DNA of 64,000 nucleotides from Candidatus Uhrbacteria bacterium (GTDB lineage Bacteria > Patescibacteriota > Patescibacteriia > UBA9934). How positions within the stretch are numbered: position 1 is the stretch's first letter; every line of letters starts with the position of its first letter. The stretch covers positions 4,353 to 68,352 of the forward strand of contig JABJOE010000007.1 in assembly GCA_018664485.1 (NCBI GenBank), written 5' to 3'. The translations under genes and the position numbers were made by a program. Below are positions 56,577 to 64,000 of the stretch, piece after piece. The notes beneath the pieces are model-generated. The model had not been told where the DNA came from, made no database searches, and saw only the letters and a program-made list of their open reading frames with translations.

Positions 56577-57536
56577 ATGGGCGCAACTGCACTTGACGTA
56601 AACTACGCCGCGGGAAATCGACGATCGCAAATGAGATCACGAAACCCGTCACAAGCAAAGCCACGACCACGTGGCCAAGTTATTGACGCCTCATCACGAT
56701 TTACGTCTAACCGAACTCGGAAGCAGGCCGGACGGAACCCGTCTATCTCCGCAGATGTCATTCCACTTAACGCCGCACGGATCCCCGACAAAAAGAATGC
56801 CACCAAAGAACAGGCGCATAAGCGCAAGATGGCATCAAACCGGCATATGGACAAAATGCGTGCCCAGCACTTCGGCCTTCCAAAAGAGCTTGATGACTAT
56901 TCAAGTGACTTGACCGGAGGAGAAATGGACCAAGTTAAGGGATGGTATGGAGATGAGCTTAGAGGTATGGGAATGGACCGACTACTTGAAAAACAACAAG
57001 CTGGAGGACAAGGGTTAGTGCGCAATGCCGTAAACAGAAAAATTGAAAAGCTTAAAGAGCAAGCAAAGGAAAAGGTTAAGAAAAAAGCTAAAGAGGCTTT
57101 CAAAAAAGCGCTTAAAAAAACATTTGCATCTGGTACGAAGAAAACAGTTTGGAGTGCTATCGACCAGGGAGCTGTAGTCGAAGTTGAGGGTGTCGCTATT
57201 GAGACATGGTTCAGCTCAGGTGCCCTTCTAACCTCGTATCAAGGACTGACCGGCGCGCTACACGGTGGAAAACCCTTCATTCCAGAAGGGACAGTTATAT
57301 CCTGGCTAGAACCGCCTCCACTCTCGCACCCATCTGGAAAAGCACCACAAAATGCAGCAGAAAGCCTCGGAATGATGATACAGCTGTATGACCTATTCAT
57401 GTGGCTTCTTATTCCTATATATTGGTTTGCTGTTGTCGCCGTTATTCTTCTTATGCATTTAGCCGTTGCATACACTACATTTATGGTCCTTATGCCAATT
57501 GTAGGGTTCGCTTATCTATTATCTCTCGTTACCTAA
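56577..57536 (+). CDS. Hypothetical protein, basic N-terminus and C-terminal TM helices
   Basis: Arg/Lys-rich disordered N-terminus, Lys-rich coiled coil and a hydrophobic tail of about 50 aa; first gene of a tightly spaced run. Confidence 0.7.
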   Translation: MGATALDVNYAAGNRRSQMRSRNPSQAKPRPRGQVIDASSRFTSNRTRKQAGRNPSISADVIPLNAARIPDKKNATKEQAHKRKMASNRHMDKMRAQHFGLPKELDDYSSDLTGGEMDQVKGWYGDELRGMGMDRLLEKQQAGGQGLVRNAVNRKIEKLKEQAKEKVKKKAKEAFKKALKKTFASGTKKTVWSAIDQGAVVEVEGVAIETWFSSGALLTSYQGLTGALHGGKPFIPEGTVISWLEPPPLSHPSGKAPQNAAESLGMMIQLYDLFMWLLIPIYWFAVVAVILLMHLAVAYTTFMVLMPIVGFAYLLSLVT

Positions 57537-57539
57537 AAT

Positions 57540-58751
57540 ATGTATTTGTCTCCACGTTCTAAATTTCTACTAATCCTCGTCGGCTTCATCGGTACAGTCA
57601 TTCTAATCGGATGGCTTATTGTAGCTCTTCTATTTCGTGGCAGCCCTGTAATCGAAGAAGAAATTGAAGATGACACTACGCAAGATGAAGATGGTCGTCT
57701 TTCGCTAGCAGACGAAATTGAACAGAGAGAATCACAAGATGAAGACAGTGCAACCGGCCAGTTACCCTCATCAGTTGCAGACGGTGGAGAAACATTCACG
57801 CAGAGGCTTACATCATCTGCTATCACAGAGCCAACTATCATCGGAGATACAATTCTTTTCTATGATCCTCGCGATGGACTGTTTTACATGATCGATAGCA
57901 GTGGAGAGCTTATAGCTATAACCGACCAATCATTTGCGGGAGCAGAGACAGTCACAATTGCCAACTCCGGAACCAAGGCAGCGCTCGAATTCCCTGACGG
58001 CTCAAACATTATCTATGACTTAGAGAGCGGTGAGCAGACTACCCTACCGAGTCACTGGGAAGAATTCGAATTCTCAGAAGATGGAGAAGAGGTAGCAAAC
58101 AAAAGTCTTACCGTTGACTCTAATTCAAACGCACTTATCGTAAGCAGTAGTGAAGGCTCACAAACTCAAGTAGTTGCCGGTCTTGGAAAGAACGAAGCAA
58201 AAGTAACCGTAAGTGTGTCTCCAAACAACAACGTTGTAGCATTTTCCGAAACAGGAGAAACACAATCTGGATTCGGCCGAGCACAAATCTATCTTATCGA
58301 CTACAACGGTGAAGCTATGGGCAGCTTAATCGTTGAAGGTGGAAACTTCTCAGCGATCTGGTCTCCAAGCGGAAACGATATTCTCTACTCAGTGTCACTC
58401 GCATCTGCCGGAGATACACCATCACTCTGGTACACGAATGCTACCGGGTCGGTTGGGTCAGACCGAGAGCGAATTGATTTAAATACATGGGTTGAAAAAT
58501 GTACATTTAAAGACGAGGCAACCATCATATGTGCAGCACCTCGAGAAGTGACAGCAGGATCTGGCCTTGATCACCGACTCATTGATGGTACTGATGATGT
58601 TTATGAGGTAACGCTTGCTACTGGTCGCGTTAAGCTACTTGCATCCCCAGTGCTCGATATTCAGATGGAAAACTTGAGCGTGAGTGACGACGAATCAATT
58701 CTCTATTTCACAGACAGTCTTGGGCGACTTAACTTTATGCGATTAAAATAA
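57540..58751 (+). CDS. Membrane-anchored beta-propeller (TolB/WD40-like) protein
   Basis: N-terminal TM and acidic linker; repeated FSEDG / VSPNN / WSPSG / VSDDE blade motifs. Confidence 0.7.
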   Translation: MYLSPRSKFLLILVGFIGTVILIGWLIVALLFRGSPVIEEEIEDDTTQDEDGRLSLADEIEQRESQDEDSATGQLPSSVADGGETFTQRLTSSAITEPTIIGDTILFYDPRDGLFYMIDSSGELIAITDQSFAGAETVTIANSGTKAALEFPDGSNIIYDLESGEQTTLPSHWEEFEFSEDGEEVANKSLTVDSNSNALIVSSSEGSQTQVVAGLGKNEAKVTVSVSPNNNVVAFSETGETQSGFGRAQIYLIDYNGEAMGSLIVEGGNFSAIWSPSGNDILYSVSLASAGDTPSLWYTNATGSVGSDRERIDLNTWVEKCTFKDEATIICAAPREVTAGSGLDHRLIDGTDDVYEVTLATGRVKLLASPVLDIQMENLSVSDDESILYFTDSLGRLNFMRLK

Positions 58752-58761
58752 ACAGCTCCGT

Positions 58762-59418
58762 ATGGTGGAACGCACGCCTCTCATTTTCCTCATTTTTGCA
58801 GGACTAATCTTCATGGTCTTCGTCATGATGCTTATTTCTGTACTCCCACATCAGACAGTCGTTTTTACAGATGAAGAGGATGAAATATCTGAAGGGATAC
58901 AGGAATATGACCCCGTATTAGGGGACAAAAATGCGCCTATCGTCATCACGCATTATAGTGATTTTCTTTGCGAGTCCTGTGCCGAAACCGCAACTTCCCT
59001 TTCAAATATTGTAGAAGACTATCCAGATGAGATAGCTATCGTCTGGAAGGATTTTCCAAATGTATCAGCTCACCCACTTGCGCCCGGCGCGTCAATCGCG
59101 GCCCGCTGTGCCGGTGAACAAGGAGAGTTCTGGGCTTATCACGACCTTCTGTTCACCTACCAACGAGACATCACAACCGAAACAGCAGCTGAATATTACA
59201 TGCTTATATCTGAAGAACTCGACCTAGGTTCGTGGAGGTTCAATCGCTGTGTAAACAAACAACAAACTTTTGAAGACCTCGAAGCGTCCTATGCCGACGC
59301 CAATGCCTTGGAGTTGACAGCGTCCCCTACAATTACAGTAAACGACGAACGATTCTCCGGATCCATGTCAGAAAATGAAATTCGATCGGTTATATTGAAC
59401 CTTGAACTTACTTTCTAA
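58762..59418 (+). CDS. DsbA-family thiol-disulfide oxidoreductase, membrane-anchored
   Basis: G..NAPI.I..YSDFLCESC, WKDFP, QG.FW.YHD.LF and SPT cis-Pro loop. Confidence 0.88.
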   Translation: MVERTPLIFLIFAGLIFMVFVMMLISVLPHQTVVFTDEEDEISEGIQEYDPVLGDKNAPIVITHYSDFLCESCAETATSLSNIVEDYPDEIAIVWKDFPNVSAHPLAPGASIAARCAGEQGEFWAYHDLLFTYQRDITTETAAEYYMLISEELDLGSWRFNRCVNKQQTFEDLEASYADANALELTASPTITVNDERFSGSMSENEIRSVILNLELTF

Positions 59419-60686
59419 TGCGAATCTTCCTACTCACACTACTCCTTCTTATCGTACCGACTTTTGCGTTTGGGGAAGAGCTTTCGGATTGTGATACAGA
59501 TACCGTTCAATGCATTTGTACCCCTGAAGATCTAGAACCAGCAGCGTACCCGTCACCAATAACCGAAACAGAAGACTGTCAAAGTTACTGTTCACTCGTC
59601 CAATCAATTCACCCGGAAGTAACAGGCTACTCAGTTCAATGCTCTATCAGTGGGTCTATTACCACCATTGGTCAAGGAAATTCTGATGGGATCATGAACG
59701 ATGGTTTCAACAACTATTACTATGAAGATCCTCAATTGGGTGTTGAAATTCCTGGCCTTGAATTCTCGGGAGCATACCAAGACGACGATACCTTCGTAAG
59801 TAACTATCTGGGTGAATACGTCGCCGCTGTATACGCCTGGCTTATTCCAACAGCCTCCCTACTAGTTGTCCTTGTTATAATGGTTGGAGGATTGCAATGG
59901 ATGCTCGCGCGCGGTGACTCGGGGCGAATAGGAAAAGCTAAAGAGCGAATCAAGAACGCTGTGACAGGACTAATCCTACTTATGGGTGCCTATACCTTTA
60001 CATATATTGTAGACCCTTCCCTTTCAAGCTTCGATCCATTCACAACAAACCTAGTTGCACAAAAACTTGAAGAAGATACTTCAGGTGCTGGTGAAGGTAT
60101 CTCAGGTGGTGCTATTGCTGCTGACTGTGAAGAAGCTGTTACAAACGCACTGGGATCCGGTGCCTGTACCATGTCGGAATCCCTAGGTTCTCCAACGGGT
60201 GACGTCGTTTCATGTAACTACCACTTTGTAGACAAAAGTTATAACTGGGCTAACATAAACTCTCTAGACTATGTCGGACAGTGGGACTCATCAGTCTACG
60301 CACCTTTTACCGGAACTGTCACTCACTTCTTCGACTCAGCAGGAAACGCTTGCGGAAACGGTATCAAGCTGTCCGGATCAGGTGGTGCTGTATACCTCTG
60401 TCACTTGAAAGACTGGGGTGGAACAACAAGTGGACAATCTGTGAGTAAGGGTGATGTTATTGGGCATGTCGGTGGACGATGCTGCGCAGGTGAAAACCCA
60501 CCGAGCGATTGGTCGGCAGCATCATACTGCACATATACCGGAACAGAGTGTTCAACCGGAAACTCACAGGAGAGTTGTGATTGCCAAGCGTGGGAACAAT
60601 CTGGAAACACGACCGGAGGACATGTACACTTAACATATATCTCAGGCGGAAATATGATTGCCTGTTTTGATGAATCAAACTACTAG
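59418..60686 (+). CDS. Cys-rich pilin-like (VirB2/TrbC-type) protein fused to an M23 peptidase domain
   Basis: Signal peptide; two TMs around GGLQWMLARGD...KAKERIKNAVTGL; C-terminal VYAP..GTV, YLCHL, V.KGDVIG.VG and SGNTTGGHVH. Confidence 0.78.
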   Translation: MRIFLLTLLLLIVPTFAFGEELSDCDTDTVQCICTPEDLEPAAYPSPITETEDCQSYCSLVQSIHPEVTGYSVQCSISGSITTIGQGNSDGIMNDGFNNYYYEDPQLGVEIPGLEFSGAYQDDDTFVSNYLGEYVAAVYAWLIPTASLLVVLVIMVGGLQWMLARGDSGRIGKAKERIKNAVTGLILLMGAYTFTYIVDPSLSSFDPFTTNLVAQKLEEDTSGAGEGISGGAIAADCEEAVTNALGSGACTMSESLGSPTGDVVSCNYHFVDKSYNWANINSLDYVGQWDSSVYAPFTGTVTHFFDSAGNACGNGIKLSGSGGAVYLCHLKDWGGTTSGQSVSKGDVIGHVGGRCCAGENPPSDWSAASYCTYTGTECSTGNSQESCDCQAWEQSGNTTGGHVHLTYISGGNMIACFDESNY

Positions 60687-60694
60687 ATAATCCT

Positions 60695-61921
60695 ATGCGT
60701 CGTCTACTAATCATTTTATTATTCCCACTTCTATTGCCGACAGCTGTACTGGCTGGCGATTTTGATAGTTGTGACGATACCCCCGTCTGCACCTGTGAGC
60801 CGACAGACTCATATCCTGCAGATTCTGCTGACATTGAAAGTATCGACGATTGCCAAGACCATTGCACTTACTCAGAATCGTTAGATGAAACTATCACTGG
60901 ATATAGCATTCAATGCACAGTCAGTGGAGCTACAACAGTGCTAAGTCAAGGAGAACTTGAATCCATTGACGAAGCGCTTACAGAAATCACGGAAACGTCA
61001 GATCCGGTACTTGGTGTTGAAATTCCAGGCCTTGAATTCTCACCAGCATATACAGACGGAGAGTCCGTTGTAAGTAACTATATTGGAGAATATATTGAAG
61101 CAGTTTACATTTGGATCGTGCCAGTCGCCTCCCTACTTGCCGTACTGGTACTGATGATTGCAGGCATGCAGTACATGCTTGCACGCGGAGACTCCGGGCG
61201 GATTGCAAAAGCAAAAGAACGTGTTAAAAATGCAATTACCGGTGTAGTGCTACTACTTGGGATAGTAACTATGGCGAGCATGGTAGACCCATCTGTCCTC
61301 ACATACGACAGCCTAAAATTATCCTATATTGATGCTGAACAATACGTAGATGAATCGCCTGATACATCCGGATCGGTGGACTTCGGATCAGTATATATCC
61401 CGCCATCAAGCCAAATGCTATGTGACCCACAATATTCTATAAGCGAGATCGCCATGTCAACTGTAGGCTGGGTAACGTATCGATATGGTGGAAAAGGAAC
61501 TGCGCCACCCTATACTGCAGAAACAAAAATAGATCCAAGCGGACGGCCATACAGTGAGTACTGTCCTGACGAAACGCTATGTCTTGATTGTTCTGGATAT
61601 GCTGATTTCATTCGCCAATGTGCCGGTCTCGCTGCCGCAAGTGAATCCGGAGGGACAGCCGCTATATTTGATACTGCAAATGGCGCTGTAGAAATTGATA
61701 CTTGGGATCCGGATGGTACAGTAAACGGGACAGCACTTGTCCCAGGTGACATGATCGGATATCCATCTAGCCACGTCTTGATCTACATCGGAGACGGTAA
61801 CATTGCCGACTCACATGGTTCGGGACGAGAGCCTGGTGAAGCGATTGGAGTGTATGAATTATCATATGGGGTAAACCTCTATCTGTCACAGGGAAAAACT
61901 CCGCTAGTCAGACGAAGGTAA
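60695..61921 (+). CDS. Cys-rich pilin-like (VirB2/TrbC-type) protein fused to an NlpC/P60 domain
   Basis: Same N-terminal half as the upstream gene; C-terminal YRYGG, LDCSGY, LVPGD and HVLIYIGDG..ADSHG. Confidence 0.82.
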   Translation: MRRLLIILLFPLLLPTAVLAGDFDSCDDTPVCTCEPTDSYPADSADIESIDDCQDHCTYSESLDETITGYSIQCTVSGATTVLSQGELESIDEALTEITETSDPVLGVEIPGLEFSPAYTDGESVVSNYIGEYIEAVYIWIVPVASLLAVLVLMIAGMQYMLARGDSGRIAKAKERVKNAITGVVLLLGIVTMASMVDPSVLTYDSLKLSYIDAEQYVDESPDTSGSVDFGSVYIPPSSQMLCDPQYSISEIAMSTVGWVTYRYGGKGTAPPYTAETKIDPSGRPYSEYCPDETLCLDCSGYADFIRQCAGLAAASESGGTAAIFDTANGAVEIDTWDPDGTVNGTALVPGDMIGYPSSHVLIYIGDGNIADSHGSGREPGEAIGVYELSYGVNLYLSQGKTPLVRRR

Positions 61922-61934
61922 ATAGATATATTTT

Positions 61935-63215
61935 ATGCTGAATTGTTCAAATTGTGATGCTCAGTATTCGCGCTGGCAAGGACGATGTACGGAATGCGCG
62001 AAGTGGGGCACGATAGCAGACGACACCGGTGGAACTTCAACGAAAAGTAAAAAAGGGGGTGCCACAGCGGCGCCTCTTGTTGATCTTGGAAAAGCTGACG
62101 TCGCTCCTACTGCCCGCGTATCAACTAAGATCCCTGAATGCGATCGTGTGCTTTCAGGGGGCCTTGTGGCTGGATCTGTCACGCTACTTGCCGGTGAACC
62201 CGGTGTCGGTAAGTCAACGCTTGTAGCGCAACTTGCGGCTTCTTTTGCGTCGGATAAAGCTTGTGCGTATTACGTATCGGGTGAAGAGTCCCAAGGACAG
62301 ATTGCAATGCGTCTCAAACGACTTGAGCTAGAACCAAAAAATATAGCTTTCTCAAACTCTGTAGAAATCGATCGAGTTATCGCTACAGCAAAGAAGCTCA
62401 AACCAGCTCTTCTTATAGTTGACTCCATTCAAACTGCCCTACCCCAAGGAGTTGATTCAACCCCTGGAACACCGACTTCTGTACGGGCAGCGACTTCGCA
62501 GTTAATAAGCTATGCCAAAGCGAGCAATGTACCGGTGATTATTATCGGGCAGGTTACAAAAGATGGATCTGTTGCAGGACCTAAAACGCTCGAACATTTA
62601 GTGGACACCGTACTGTCTTTGGAGGGTGATCGAGATAGTTCGTATCGTATACTGCGCGCCGGTAAGCACCGTTTCGGAGGAACGGATGAAATTGGCTTCT
62701 TTGAAATGTCTGGCAAAGGCATGACGTCAATCGATAATCCTTCTGCACGATTCTTGGAAGAACGAACGTCGACTCCTGGGTCTGTCGTTACATGCCTAAT
62801 GGAAGGTACTCGTCCGATACTTGTTGAGATACAAGCACTTGTAGAAAAAAGTACATTCGCAAACCCAATTCGCCGAACATCCGGATATGACGCGACACGA
62901 TTACAGATGCTCATAGCTATTATCAACAAGCGAACAAAGCACAATGTTGGAAACCAGGATGTCTACGTTAATGTTGTGGGTGGAATCAAAATAAAAGAGC
63001 ACGCCGCCGACCTTGCTGTCTGCGCCGCGATCATATCGTCCGTTACCGACAAAGCATTGAGCAAAGAAATTGCCGTCTTTGGCGAGCTTGGACTTGGGGG
63101 TGAAGTCAGGTCAGTGCCTTATTTGGAAAAACGTGTAAAAGAAGCTGATCGACTTGGTTTCAAAAGACCGCTATCTCCAAAGAACATTAAACAGCTCAGC
63201 GAGTTTTCACTGTAA
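61935..63215 (+). CDS. radA: DNA repair protein RadA/Sms
   Basis: C4 zinc finger, GEPGVGKST, KHRFG (a KNRFG variant) and a Lon-like C-terminus. Confidence 0.96.
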   Translation: MLNCSNCDAQYSRWQGRCTECAKWGTIADDTGGTSTKSKKGGATAAPLVDLGKADVAPTARVSTKIPECDRVLSGGLVAGSVTLLAGEPGVGKSTLVAQLAASFASDKACAYYVSGEESQGQIAMRLKRLELEPKNIAFSNSVEIDRVIATAKKLKPALLIVDSIQTALPQGVDSTPGTPTSVRAATSQLISYAKASNVPVIIIGQVTKDGSVAGPKTLEHLVDTVLSLEGDRDSSYRILRAGKHRFGGTDEIGFFEMSGKGMTSIDNPSARFLEERTSTPGSVVTCLMEGTRPILVEIQALVEKSTFANPIRRTSGYDATRLQMLIAIINKRTKHNVGNQDVYVNVVGGIKIKEHAADLAVCAAIISSVTDKALSKEIAVFGELGLGGEVRSVPYLEKRVKEADRLGFKRPLSPKNIKQLSEFSL

Positions 63216-63218
63216 TAA

Positions 63219-63254
63219 AATAAGTCGCTCCCTATTTTTGCGGAACGACTTATT
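63219..63254. terminator. Bidirectional terminator between radA and recG
   Basis: aataagtcgctcc...ggaacgacttatt hairpin. Confidence 0.55.
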
Positions 63255-63277
63255 TAATAATCGCTTCAATAACCTTC

Positions 63278-64000
63278 CTATTCAAAGTGAATTTCGTCTA
63301 CGTATTCTAAAACGCGTTGTTTCAAAAGTGGCCACATGTTCAAATCTGGATCTTCGTCGAGTATATCCTTCGCTTCATCTCGAGCGGCAGCGATCAAGTC
63401 AACGTCAGCGTATGATCCAAGCTTAAACGCTTCAAACCCTGACTGAGATGTTCCAAAAATATTTCCAGGACCACGCAATCGTAAATCCTGATCGGCAAGC
63501 ATAAAACCGTTCTGAGTCTGCACTACGGCCTGGAGCCGTTTTTTTGCAAGATCAGAAAGTTCGCCAGACGGATGTAGGAAACAGAAACTTTCATACTCTC
63601 CTCGCCCTACTCGTCCACGCAACTGGTGAAGCTGAGCCAACCCAAACCGCTCAGCACCCTCAATAAACATTACCGTAGCATTTGGAACATCCACTCCAAC
63701 TTCCACAACGGTCGTAGAGATAACCATATCCAAATCGCCAGACACGAACTTCGCCATGATCTCATCCTTTTCTTTTGATTTTAGCTTTCCATGAAGCATT
63801 CCAATGTTGTAAGCAGCAAACGGCTTTGCGTTATACAAACTATAAACTTCATTCACTGACTGCACACCAAGCGCATCAGACTCCTCAATAAGCGGACATA
63901 CAACAAAAACCTGTCTACCCTCATCCATTTCATCTCGCATCTTCTCGTAGAACTCTTCTTCTTTATTTGGGAGCACAATTCGTGTTTCGATCGCCTTACG
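63278..64000 (-). CDS. recG: ATP-dependent DNA helicase RecG, 3' part (runs off the window)
   Basis: VCPLIEES, LHGK, TTVVEVGVDVPNA, AERFGLAQLHQLRGRVGRG and DL.LRGPG motifs; the frame is open to the window edge. Confidence 0.95.
   Translation of the reverse strand, partial: RKAIETRIVLPNKEEEFYEKMRDEMDEGRQVFVVCPLIEESDALGVQSVNEVYSLYNAKPFAAYNIGMLHGKLKSKEKDEIMAKFVSGDLDMVISTTVVEVGVDVPNATVMFIEGAERFGLAQLHQLRGRVGRGEYESFCFLHPSGELSDLAKKRLQAVVQTQNGFMLADQDLRLRGPGNIFGTSQSGFEAFKLGSYADVDLIAAARDEAKDILDEDPDLNMWPLLKQRVLEYVDEIHFE

Noticed and set aside
1-64000. Alternative genetic code (UGA read as Gly, code 25)
   Set aside because: Conserved genes are full length under code 11, and prfA ends at a TGA that overlaps the prmC start.

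Overview
A core-chromosome segment of a small-genome bacterium. Patescibacteria/CPR is inferred from the gene content: VirB2-like pilin fusions, an orphan baseplate-J-like protein, a double-domain ThyX, an ECF sigma/DUF5667 pair, gene starts without Shine-Dalgarno (SD) sites, and TGA used as stop. Housekeeping genes include rpmE-prfA-prmC, rplY, rodA, gyrB, secE-nusG-rplK-(insert)-rplA, gatB, miaA, thrS, dnaE, pheST, rseP, murI, lemA-htpX, a Clp ATPase, radA and partial recG. There is also a surface-glycan block (two GT4 enzymes plus an O-antigen-ligase-like protein) and a six-gene dC-to-dT nucleotide cluster. The most notable signals are: (1) a minimal transcription-type T-box riboswitch before thrS, with an ultrashort Stem I carrying the Thr codon ACC in its terminal loop; (2) an operon with two paralogous Cys-rich pilin-like proteins carrying different cell-wall hydrolase domains (M23 and NlpC/P60), plus DsbA and a beta-propeller; (3) four dispersed ~120-127 bp palindromic elements with a CGTAC-loop-GTACG core, resembling Rickettsia RPEs; (4) self-contained, SD-led, often GC-rich single-gene units, including two micro-peptides, set among near-leaderless host genes. 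No tRNA, rRNA, CRISPR array, transposase or integrase was recognised. All calls come from reading motifs by eye; no database searches were run.
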